64,000 nucleotides of DNA from Laetmonice hystrix (Eukaryota): assembly GCA_965235115.1 (NCBI GenBank), contig OZ249441.1, positions 27,032,001 through 27,096,000 of the forward strand. The letters are read 5' to 3'. The notes under the pieces were generated by a model. The model worked only from the letters and a program-made list of their open reading frames with translations. It was not told the origin of the DNA and did not search any database. Position 1 is the stretch's first letter. Each line of letters opens with the position of its first letter. The position numbers and the translations under genes are program-made. Positions 51,985-64,000 of the stretch are shown here, one piece after another.

Positions 51985-53190
51985 GTACAGCCAGGGACGA
52001 TCTTTCTCAACGGGAGATAAGGTGGTTCGTACAATCTTCATCAGTGAGAGATAAGGTGGTTGTACAGCCAGGGACGGTTTTCGTCAATGAATGATAAGGT
52101 GGTTGTACAGCCAGGGACGGTTTTCGTCAATGAATGATAAGGTGGTTGTACAGCCAGGGACGATTTTCGTCAATGAATGATAACGTGGTTGTACAACCAG
52201 GGAGGGTTTTCGTCAATGAATGATAAGGTGGTTGTACAGCCAGGGACGGTTTTCGTCAATGAATGATAAGGTGGTTGTACAGCCAGGGACGATTTTCGTC
52301 AATGAATGATAAGGTGGTTGTACAACCAGGGACAATTTTCGTCAATGAATGATAACGTGGTTGTACAGCGATTTTGTCAATGAATGATAAGGTGATTGTA
52401 CAGCCCGGGACGATTTTCGTCAATGAATGATAAGGTGGTTGTACAACCAGGGACAATTTTCGTCAATGAATGATAACGTGGTTGTACAGCGATTTCGTCA
52501 ATGAATGATAAGGTGATTGTACAGCCAGGGACGATTTTCGGCAATGAATGATAACGCAGTTGTACAGCCAGGGACGATTTTCGTCAATGAATGATAACGT
52601 GGTTGTACAGCCAGGGACGATTTTCGTCAATGAATGATAAGGTGATTGTACAGCCAGGGACCATTTTCGTCAATGAATGATAAGGTGGTTGTACAGCCAG
52701 GGACCATTTTCGTCAATGAATGATAACGTGGTTGTACAGCCAGGGACGATTTTCGTCAATGAATGATAAGGTGATTGTACAGCCAGGGACCATTTTCGTC
52801 AATGAATGATAAGGTGGTTGTACAGCCAGGGACCATTTTCGTCAATGAATGATAACGTGGTTGTACAGCCAGGGAGGGTTTTCGTCAAAGGTAATTGTAC
52901 AGCCAGGGACGATTTTCGTCAATGAATGATAAGGTGGTTGTACAGCCAGGGACCATTTTCGTCAATGAATGATAACGTGGTTGTACAGCCAGGGAGGGTT
53001 TTCGTCAATGAATGATAAGGTAATTGTACAGCCAGGGACGATTTTCGTCAATGAATGATAAGGTGGTTGTACAGCCAGGGACGATTTGCGTCAATGAATG
53101 ATAACGTGGTTCGTACAATCCGGGACGATCTTTATCAGTCAATGAAAACCTTCATCAGCGATAGATAAGGTGGCTTGTACAGTCTGGGAT
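51985..53190. repeat. 43-bp minisatellite, ~27 copies, with trimeric higher-order structure
   Basis: Unit gtcaatgaatgataaggtggttgtacagccagggacgattttc (period 43, e.g. 52081 and 52124). No unique spacers, so not a CRISPR array. Confidence 0.97.
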
Positions 53191-55407
53191 GATATTATTC
53201 TATACATCGAAACGCGGTCTGTACGGCTAGTGTTTTCCTATCAATGAAATTATATTATTATAAGGTCATTTGTATCCAGACAGCAAACTCGCCATTAAGG
53301 TCAGACAATGCGATCTGTCCAGTCAGTCTTACCAATGGTAAAGTGGTCAGTACACACACCAGTCACCACCTTGGCAGTTTGGACAGCATCTATTAAAGCG
53401 TGATATGGTTCACATTACAGCCTGATGACAGACAGAGATTCGTTAAGCGCGTGAAAAGGTCAAATGATCACCAGCGTAAATTTTGAACGGAATTATAATG
53501 TCCGTTACTTGATGTGACGCGCCTCCTTCATCCATGTTTTGCCATGAAGTCGTTCTCTGATGTGGCCCCACTATTGTTCCGACAATCGGACATCATCATA
53601 TTACCAGTGACGAAATGACATCTGTATCCATCGCTCAAAACGTTAGATTACCACGTAAATATCTGCCTGGTGACCGGCTATTGAAGGTAAAGTACGGCTG
53701 AGTTACAATGAGCTCTAATCAAAAGAGTCTGTGTTTCACACTTTATCAGTCAAAACAAGTAAAGGTATAAAGGGATCTCAAACAATGAAGTGTTTGTATT
53801 GTAGCAACTCGAAGTCTCAACGATAGCAGGCGCCTGAAGGCACCATCTCGACGCAGTTATATCATCAAGGTGCAATATATGTATTTTTCTTTATCTTGCA
53901 CATGAAACACTGTCTAAAACATCTAAATAGCGCCCACACCACACTCCTCGGCGCCACTTCAACCTAAGCAATTAAAAAAAATTGTGTCACTGAATATTGC
54001 CCTAATCTGGGAGATATAATGGTTCTAAATGAGGTACAATTGTGCAATGACTTAAGGTGCTTGACCCCGCCCCCCACGTGGGTCCCCCTTGCCTATTGAG
54101 TTAATAATCCCTTTACATGACACGGTCTGCAATGGGTTACATCAGACACTGACTCGGACCCCATCACGCTCACAGGCTCTGCCCACGTCACGGCATTCTG
54201 TCATGTGAAACAGGCAGGTTTCAATAACAGACCAGACATGTAAACATTGCCCATGCCCGCGATGTTTTCTGTGCCCATTACCGGCATGAGAATAGATGTT
54301 TGTCGCGATATGTATATATATATACGGGTGTATAATATACTCCCCCAACTCCCCCCACCCCTCCCAAAGTCCCAGCCGACTTGCTGGAGACAACGACAAC
54401 CAGGACCTTAGTTGGTGTGTCATGCAATTTCCATCTGTCATACCTGACAGACATCCTTTGTATCAACCAAATTATTTCAAGATCCCATTGACTCGCCTGC
54501 CTTCCTCAACTTTTCAAAGGGACGTTATCAGGCGGGTGGCTTTGTATCTGCCATGGGACGACACTGGTTCTGGGCGTTGTGTTGACGGTAGCAATGAACC
54601 CATCACTGCCATGTCATTGAGGCAGGTGCGACTGGAGCAGGGAGGAGGGGTGGCCGAGTCATGCCTCGCCGCATCTGGTTGAGTACGGCACACAAACCCA
54701 ACTCGGCACCGTGTAATTTTCTTGTCTGATTCTTAGACTTCTAACATTGGACTCCAGGCATGGTAACTAACGTTATGATGTCACTGTAAGTTAGACTCGG
54801 AGGAGTTAGCTATGACATCTAGACAGAGAAATATTATAGCAAATGATTGTCAATTATTCCATATAGTGCAGTTATTGTCTCTATATGATCGGATCTGGAA
54901 TCTAAACAGAGAATCACAAGTAAATGGGTCTTAATTATTACACATGGCATGTTATGTTAGTTAAGTGACACTAGGTACGTAGAGCATAACTTTGATGACA
55001 GCAGCATTACTTGACCTGATTTGAGCTGACATTTGACCTTGAGCTCAAGCTGATCTCATGTGATACTCAGCAATGACCTGCAGTCTTTGAATAATGGTTA
55101 GCCCCCGGTACTCGTTGCCGATCTGAGAGACAGCATTTGGCTTTTACTTATACAGCAAGTCAAGTTGTATCTATGTTGTATCCTTCCAGTAGCCCTTTTG
55201 ATGACAGAATGAATGGCAATAAGAGCAAAGTTGGAAGCCTGACAAGACTTTCGTACCCGTGGGGGGTTTCGACGCTTCTTTACCAATAAATATCAACCTT
55301 TCTTTTGGTCAACGGTGGATTGCACCGAGAAGTCAACAGCTGCGGTGGCTGCATTCTCACACCTTTCATCGCCTTCATATAATTTATGACGACAACTGCT
55401 GCTCCGA

Positions 55408-55473
55408 CCAGCCAATCAGAAGCGTTAATTTTAAGCTTAAGCGAGATCATAAGTGTTGAAAACCTGGACCCTG
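55408..55473. mobile_element. Truncated half of a Harbinger-like MITE
   Basis: accagccaatcagaagcgttaa..ttaagcttaa...aaaacctggacc|ctg aligns to the reverse complement of 38693-38757; the other end was not found. Confidence 0.45.
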
Positions 55474-56404
55474 ATCCACCGGCCTGCTACTATACGTGCC
55501 CGTGCCCCCTGCTGCCCCACTGGATACAAGGGAGGTCGTCACTGGGCGTGTCGCCGACGGGCACGACTGTGAACGATCGCCACCGACCTTAGCCTGGACT
55601 CGTCGAACACTGTCTCAGTGCCCACTGTGACAAGAGGACCGCCCCAAGCTACCACCGACACCAACCACTCACACCGACCGCTGATTCTCCCGATACAACA
55701 AAGCACCCTTACACTGCCCCCGATGCCAGAATTTTACGCCTCTTTGGTCGACATTGTGCCAGCGAGGATACTTTCCAGATATTGTTACCATCTACTGACT
55801 TTTACCTGTTGGAGAGGTGTGGAGGAACATATGCTCCAGGGTACAGGGATACATTTTTCCATTGATCATTAAAATGTTCACCAGGGTTGTAGCTTTGGGG
55901 CTGGACCATTGATCCAATTGTCTCTGTTTCTTGCCGACTGCCAGGAGCTCCGAGTCCGACTGCGCTCCCGGTCCCAGGGTCATTCCCCATGAGTTATGGA
56001 CAGCCGAATGAGGCGGCATTCGGCCTACGTTAGGATAAGGATCAATGGATCAGATCATGATATCTTATCCTTGATCATTGTTTCCCAGAAATTGCCCCCG
56101 AGACCTGGCACTAAGGTCGGGAGATGGTGATCCCCGTAATACACGCCCGTCACATACTTTGATTGAAGACTTCCTCTCCCCTGGCAAGTTTGTGACATCA
56201 CGGCGCCAGTCGTTTTAGATAGAGTACCCAGTACCCATGCACACAGTACCCAGTAACCAGAACTGGTTTCAATAAACCTTGAAGGAGTGCTGCCAATGAC
56301 ACCATACCCATAGAAACGGTAAACTTCACTCGGCACGTCTGAAAAGACCTTGAGGCTCTTAAGCCCTCCAATAGCCCCATTCTAATGGATGAAGTTGCGT
56401 CCAC

Positions 56405-56418
56405 GTTGCCATGGTAAC
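56405..56418. promoter_or_regulatory. Candidate RFX X-box
   Basis: GTTGCCATGGTAAC fits the GTNRCC-ATG-RGYAAC-type 14-bp X-box palindrome; motif match only. Confidence 0.4.
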
Positions 56419-57899
56419 AATGCGAGCTTTGTAATACGTCTCTACTAATGTTAGAACTATCTCAAATTTCCCCTGTGATCCAAAGCACTCCGTTTAATGC
56501 CCATCAGGATTTTTTTCGTTTTATTGGCTACAGGCATTGTTTCGCCATGTCAGCCTAATTTGTGCTATCTTTCTGCCGTTATGCCTAGACTGCAATTCAT
56601 TATCCAGTTGGCAATTATCGGCTATTGAGTTTTTGATGGAGAATACTCTTCTTTAAATGCAATGTACTTTATCATAAGATAGAGAACACGTACATTTACT
56701 TTCCTTTCCTTAGCCACAGTTCCTTGGCATTTTGAAGTATGCTGATGCTCCTTTCACGTATTGTCATTATCACTTTATGCTCCATCGTGTAACCTTCTAT
56801 AACGACCCCGTGTTTAAATTCGCAAATGACGACCATTATATCCGACAATGCACACATTACGTAGACAGAGGAACAATCTCATTATAGCAGAAGCCACTGC
56901 CCGTTGCTATAATAAAGCCAGTCCTATAATCGCAGAAGCCATAGTGCTATTTCATTCCTCTATTCCACCACCTTCCTATCCGTGACAACATCGTGTTCAA
57001 TCATCTCTCTCATCAATTAGGTTCTATTTGAGAATCCAGGCCAATATCAGCACACAACAAGTAGACTCCAATCTATATATGCCATCAGGATCCAGGCGGA
57101 AATTATTTCTAGCATCGCTTGTGGATCTTTACGGGAAAGAAAAGGCCCTGTGGCCTCCGTCGGTAGAAGAAAGGTTGTGATGAGAAAATTAACCAGACAT
57201 CTGCATGCAGTACCGCAGGTCGATCACACTTGGTTCCATCTCCCCCCGAGGTGAATTTTCTCATGCAAGCTACCCCCCCCCCCCTCTCAAACTCCTCACC
57301 TGAAAGCTTTGTTTGTCTTGCTCCGCAAACCGAAACACTAGGGATCACTGATAAAGCTCATAATTATACAAAAATCCAACGAAGGCTATCTCTGAACTTA
57401 TGACCCCATCTAAGGTCGCTTAACCCCCTTCCAGGTTCACCTGCGCTGGGTTGAAATAAAAAAGGTCCTTGCAGGCTGTTATAAAATCAGAACTGAAGCG
57501 CTTGTCGTGCCCCACAGCCGTCTTGTACGCTGGGCCTGGGCTGGGGCGGCGCTGGTAACAGCGGCTGGTCCGAATCAAAGGGGAACTGTTCGCTGCTGGA
57601 GATGGTGGCAGAGGAGGCTGTTTTCTACAGCACTTGCTCGGTCTGCGACTGGCCTGTCCCCTCCTTGGGGGCTCTGGTCCGGGTGGAAACTATAACCACC
57701 TCACGATGGGACCTTTAATAATCGTACATCCTGTCTCTACTTCAACGTTCTCGTCTGGAAGCTCTACTATACTTACATCTAAGTTATGCTTATTGTTGAT
57801 GATTACGCCATCTCAAAGTTCAAACAAAGTTGCTTTACATGGTTACATGGATTGCTATCAATCGGCTTTTTACATATTTGCTAAAATTCTGCTTTGTCT

Positions 57900-57944
57900 T
57901 AATATTCCTTCATCAGCAAAGATAATTACTGAGACCTCTTCTCC
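57900..57944 (-). mobile_element. Possible degraded non-LTR reverse transcriptase fragment (L1/Tx1-like motif 5)
   Basis: Translates GEEVSVIIFADEGIL, resembling the EEVKLSLFADDMI motif; followed by stops. Short, so may be chance. Confidence 0.25.
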
Positions 57945-60900
57945 TGTTTCATAACTCGATGATAAAAAAGACATTATAACTAATATTAGCCGGCCCTAAA
58001 ATGGCTCAAGGTTACCAGCCTTTTCTGGGGTAAGTCAAGGGAAAGTGGTATCAGTATTCAGACAGAATGAACAGACTGAATATCCTCCGGCATGTCATGA
58101 ATTTCCAACCACAAGTGATAAATATCCTATCATAAGTGACACTATGGAGTCAAACTAGGGAAAGATCCATAGGCAAACTTCTAAATTCTTGTGTGAAAAA
58201 AGTTTTAAACCCCGCAGTGCACAGAGAAGAGCTTCTGGCGGTGATTCTAGAGTCATTCAAGTTGCGCACAATGATAAGACAACGTGCGCCAAAGCTTGGT
58301 GGCACACGAGCCCGCCCTTCTGGACAAGAATATTGGTATGCATTCAGGCAGCAATAAAATACTCCAAAAGTAATCGATTTACCAACATTGATGCCAACAC
58401 ATAATGGAATTTCAGGAGCAGCATTAAATTACCGAGATAACCTCACGCTGAATTCCCATTTCTCCTCGGCAACGTTCACTGAGGGCCACAACCAGCCAGC
58501 CTGTCTCCTTCAGCATTTCGGTTTTTTTCTCCACTTTTTGACTGATTCCATGGAATGCATTCTGCTGCTAAATCTTCATTCTGATTCCATAATGCAGCCC
58601 TGTAAGCTCCTTAGCTACATGAATGGAAAGTCATCCATCAGAAATGGGAACGTAATTTCACACGTAATCGCTTTCCTGTTGCCTTTTGCAACATAAAGAC
58701 CCAGATGATACGGTATTACCGGCTCCTCACACGTTCTGCCTTGATACCATAGGGTACAAAAAATGCATGATTCGTAGTGGACCCAGTAATCCAGGCCATA
58801 GGAGCTCTGAAGGCAGCGGTGTGCCCCACGAGCGAGCTGGTCACTTTGTACCCGCCTTAAGACGAGCACCAAATGCCAATAGCTCACCTGAACCCCATCT
58901 CTCAATGACTCGTTATGCTCCTAGTCGTAGCCTCTTTAAATTGACTTGACCCTGGGCCTCATGCCCTTTGCCAAATTTATAGACCTAGAAGCAAGCTTTT
59001 CTACGAAAGCGTCGGGCACCAATTCAGTTACATGCGCATATTTAGCTAATATCACTTTATATTATTTTCGAAAGTAAGAAACTATTATCTAGAACCGATA
59101 GAGCTCTGAAAAACAAATGAATTTTGGAAGGCGTGACGTGAAGCCCTTTTTAACAAAAAAAAGAATACTTATTTACAGCAGAACTTTGATAGTGTTGGAT
59201 TTATGAAGGTTTTCTACATTTAAATCAGGTTTTGCACTGAAAGTCTCTTTAAGACGATGTTTTTATAACCATTGTATTCTTATTGCACTTGATAACAAAA
59301 CTGACATTTTATGCAGTAACGTTAATGACTGAACAAAAAACAAGCATTTCCGAAGATAATCAACACAGCCCCTCTGAGGATGTTTCCTGAAAAAAGGACT
59401 CAACAAAATTTAGATCTACGATTCTGACCGGTATCTTTCAATGACCTCCTTCATCACCCTGGTTATTCTTCTCCTGAAACTTCTGTGGCAACGTACAACA
59501 TACTGTCTATAGTTAGGGCAGACTATTCCAAACAAACAGATATTTCTGAGGACCTTAGTCCCTTGCACACTACAGCACCGTGCAAGTCTCATTTCCTCCG
59601 ACTGTTTCCAAATTTCCTAGCAATCAGCATCTGTCAGCAAATTCAATGTTGGCAAACGGGCGCAAGGCGCTCTGATTAAACAGGCAATCCAAGCGACTGT
59701 TCGTGCAACCCGATTTCCATAGATTTCTTTGAACAACGCTGTGCAGTCACCATTACGTGATCATTTCTACGGGCCACATTACTGGCCGTTAGATCAATGA
59801 ATCAAGTCATCGACCAACAAACGGTTGTGATTCTCCTCCACCGCCTGCAGATCATGTTTTCTTCTACTCTACACCAGCCGCCAGTGGCCAACCCCCAACC
59901 CTACAGCCGCTGGTCGTCCCATCGCCCATCCAAGCTTCACCACGCATTGTCACATAGTACGCAAATAAAATATACGGACATCCCGGCATGGGGAATTCAC
60001 GGCTGTGTGCAGAGAAAGCCCCGAACGGTCGTCGGTCTAATGACGTTTGCTGTCGGGGAAATGACAGCAGGCGGGACCAGAAATGTGATAATGGCGAGTT
60101 GGTTGCGGTAGTCGGTGTCTCAGGCCGTGGTTCCACGTGCAGGACACCCCGCCCAGGGCCGCCTGCACCCACCCACCCACTCACACTGTTGGTGCATACC
60201 CATGTTGAAAAATTTTACACTTGCAGGTTTCACTCAGTGGCGGCAATCTGCCAAGTGCATCTCCTGAATTCCTCCTGACTCCTGCATTGCTATCCAGCGT
60301 TGCATGGATAAAGACTTTATAATGGCCGTCTTTCCTCCTCCTCTGCCAAGTTACGTGAACGCCATCAAATGGTGCTAACCACAAATTTGTGCTCAAATCG
60401 TTTTGGGTCCCTTCCCATCAAAATCGACCTTTGCCACACTATTCAGCCATGTTTGCGTGAATGTTACGTTTTCTGGCTGAGGTACCTTTCTTTCTTTATA
60501 AAGGTGCGGGTAATACATAATAGATATACGCATTTTCTAATAAAAGTCACCTTCAGCAATTCCAGCAGAGGAATGCCCGCACGTTTGAAATTACTTCAAC
60601 CAATTCAGGACTGTCAGAGAGTTAACAGGACGACATGGTGACAAGTAAAACGGCCACAACCAGTTGATCCCATTGGCATTTATCATCGCAGGTCATCAGC
60701 GCAACTTTCAAAAGCCAAACCGAGTTTTAAAACTAGACACTCTAAAGTCTCTTTCACAGATGCTGCAAAGCCTACCAAGTTTTTGCTTCTATCAGGCCTT
60801 GGAAATCTTTCGACGATACATCTTTCCTAACGTATTTACTCCGTACATGTACCTGCCAGCAAAAAGTCCAAGCTGCTGAACATCCTTTCCGCCGCCGGAC

Positions 60901-63900
60901 AAGTATACTGCATGGGTTTATCTGGCACTGTGACAAAGTCTAAGTGCTCTTAGTCCCCTGAAAAATTGATCTGCCTTGATGTGACCCAGGAATATGTCCG
61001 CATCTCTCTGGACCAAACTTTAGGCCCTCCTGTAATCACCGACCTCTTGAAGTTGAAGAAGGCCAGCTCTGTCTGTCCAGCTTGCCGGCATTCCTTCCCC
61101 CTTTAACCTCAAAAAGACTTCCATAAACCATGACTCTTGTGGCCAGCACCCCGAGCAGTTGCAGTTATTGATACTGATATGCTGTGTGCAGACAGCGGAA
61201 AGCAAGGGGAAGTTGTCATATGTTCATTATGGCGTGCCGGCCTCCTGCCGGGCTGACAGAGGCGGCCTTTATACGGGGAAGTGTACCGCTGGAGGACGGG
61301 TTGCGGCCCGGCCGGCAGTCAGTCGGGGCCAGGGCCGGGCCGGCCGACACCGAGCCGGGCGGCGGCGGCGGCAGCCATGGCCCCGAGCGGCGTGGCGTCA
61401 TTACGTTGATAGATAGTGGTGGAATCATGACGCCTGCCAGCCCACCACCCAACCACCTCTCACCTGGCCTATATATTATCATTTGTGACGGCCCTGCCAC
61501 TACGACCCGCCACTAACGAGAGCTGCCCACATTACGCTAAATGAGCAACGCCTGCCTCCGTGTCTTCTTTACCTGTAGTCTCATCATCTCTACCTGTATC
61601 TTTGTTTATGACTGAAACACGTCGAAACCCCATCTGCACCCCCCCCCCAACAATCTTAATGAGTGAGAAGAGAAGACAGAAAGAAATTCATGAGCCAAGA
61701 ATAGTTTTCTCTGGAGCTCGGAGACGGCACAAACATAATGACTGAGTATATCCCAGTAATCGTCTGCCATGAGGCGCCAGTGTACCGCTAACAACATACA
61801 TGTAATATGGTTTCATCCACTTTACTTTACTTTCATTCCATGAAACCTTGTATCCCATGTATTCTGGTTACTTATAGAGCACAGTTATTGCCTGTTATCA
61901 TTCCCGTAACTAATGGTTCCTGCGCAAGGCAAACTATTAAATCGAGATTGTGGATAATCGAGAATGGTTCAAGTACCAGATGCCACATACCAGCGAAATA
62001 AGAACCCTAATCAATATTTATGATACCGTTTTATGCTTATGGAATAGGATCATCAAAATTACATTGTCAAAATCCAGACTGCGAATAGGAATTAGACCTT
62101 TCCATCGGCTTTTTGCGTGTTTATTGATCGCGACTGCAGAGCCACTTTACAGAAAGAAGCCTCCCATTAAATTATTATTTGATCAACATTAATATTCCAT
62201 TATTTATAAAATCATGCATACTCTGAGGAGATTGCATTCTCTCTGTAAAACAAATTCGATATCGGCCCAGGTCATGATTTATAACTAAATATTCAAACGG
62301 CATATGTGAATCAATTTACAAATACCACCCAAACAGGGGCCTTTATGAATAGTTTTATGCAGTTGCATTTCCTAATACTAAAGTACCACTTTTTTTCATT
62401 GCTCAAAGCAACATGCCATAAAATCCTGAAGAATAACAATCCTCTGATGATAACCTAGGGTGATTCATTTAATTGAACATCTTTACATATGAATAAAATA
62501 TGACACGCTATAGCTTGCATGCCATCACATCTGAAGCTATTAGAAACATACAACCATCACGTTGCAACAGGCCTTTGAATAGGTTCGGTACTATATGTAT
62601 GCATAAAGTCCTAATGAATATTGCCTGGAGCTCCGCGCTATTCTGTGGGCGCCCTGATGCACATCGCATCAGGGGGAGGGGGGGGGGGCTTACATCTTCG
62701 TCCACGGGAAGGAGATTGACTTGGCCATGTTAGCGTTCGGATCGGTAAGCAGGACAGCAAACATCAGAATGATCCAATTCTGGATTGATCCAGAATGACC
62801 TGCCAACACCCTACCCCCACTTCCTGCCACGAAAACCAGGCCTCCAAACTTTTGTTAAGAGCTATTCCGCCCGGCATAGACGCATCAACTATTAAGTTTT
62901 AGACAGTCGGCCTAATAAATAGTCGGTACGTACTATATGCCCGGCTAACAGACATCACTGATCCCGGCATGCTTTCGAAGGTCAACGCCATCCAGTAGAC
63001 AGTGACAACCATCATCGTCATCATCCGCCATCATTATCGCCATCATCCCACATTATCATATCCTTCATTTCCCGCCTTCTCCACCAACTGACCACTGCCC
63101 CCTCCAGAACCTTCAATCCCTGGCAAATCCTCGCTGCTCTGGTGGGGATTTGTTAATCTGATAAAGGTGCTCATCTAGACGCTGCCATACGTTCTGGCTG
63201 CGGCCCAAGTGCACCGCGACATGTTCCACAACGCATTGTGGCGCTGGTCTGCAGCCCAGCGATAACGTCGGTCCAAGCAGGAGCAGTGGGGCTGGCGACC
63301 AAAGGGTGATGAAGCATGGTTGTCGAGATGGCCAAACTGACCAGGCCGGCTCCCCACCGGCAATGATTCACTCGTCAGTGCCCTTCCTGCCGTCCCAACT
63401 CGGCAAAGGCCAAGGGAAAAACCACCAGAGACGAACAGATCAACTGGAAGAGCATTTAAGGTTGCTACAGGGGCCTAAGCTGTCAGATAGCGTGTGAAAA
63501 ATCGACCGCCTTTGCGCCATTATGATGACCTGATGTGAGATCTGCCAAGACCAAACCGACCAAACTCAACTTACCACTGCAGGTCTCCTTGCCTGCGAGC
63601 AAATGTTCACCCACCCAGAATGTTCAGCACGTCAATAACAAAGCCATCAAAACAACGTTACGCCCAAACAAGAACTCCCGCGGAAAAAGATGCAATTCCA
63701 TCACTGCAAATACCTGTCTGACGAATGATTAGCTCTGCCACTTTGCAGAGTTGTTGGCTAACCTAAACATTACACAATACCTGTAACAAATAACAGGGCT
63801 TGAGTGACATGAACATGGTGCACTAATTACTAAACTACTTTTAGTTATACATATTACAAGCATTTCGGAGAAAAAGCGTTAACGTTGCATTTACCACACA

Positions 63901-64000
63901 GGGTCAAGAACACAATACACTGGCTGTTACATACAACAAGACTCGGGCAAGAAATTCATGACATCGCCAGCATCGCCAAGATAACATTATTTTACCGTGA

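Noticed and set aside
51985-53190. Regular ~43-bp repeats and the 35-bp array (18502-19240) superficially resembling CRISPR arrays
   Set aside because: Units are head-to-tail with no unique spacers, there are no cas genes, and the context is a eukaryotic intron.
58400-58620. KKTEMLKETGWLVVALSERC on the minus strand resembling the endonuclease-like insert of Polinton polymerases
   Set aside because: Flanked by stops with no other polymerase motifs nearby.
60869-60892. AERMFSSL on the minus strand resembling the hAT C-terminal dimerisation motif (nearby GRSIFQ/PDKP also piggyBac-like)
   Set aside because: Only 8 residues, neighbouring frames have stops and motif spacing does not fit either family; needs a translated HMM search.

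Overview
Eukaryotic (invertebrate animal, probably lophotrochozoan/mollusc-like; inferred from the protein and repeat types, not proven) genomic DNA. It contains four coding exons of a minus-strand TMTC2-type protein O-mannosyltransferase gene (13924-13264, 6909-6015, 5371-5257, 329-244) that splice in frame. One junction can only hold frame through a non-canonical GC-AG intron. I could not find the expected first coding exon (ending ...YDDS), so 13.9-64 kb is most likely a >50 kb first intron. That region carries non-autonomous mobile elements (two Helentron-like HINE copies, three Harbinger-like MITEs, a young 213-bp foldback element, a truncated V-SINE inserted in a minisatellite with a target-site duplication), at least seven unrelated minisatellites (four clustered at 47.6-53.2 kb), and candidate CTCF/RFX sites. 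No rRNA, tRNA, CRISPR array or intact transposase/RT ORF was found. I do not see convincing evidence of a wholly new biological system; most ORF-track entries are spurious or repeat-derived.
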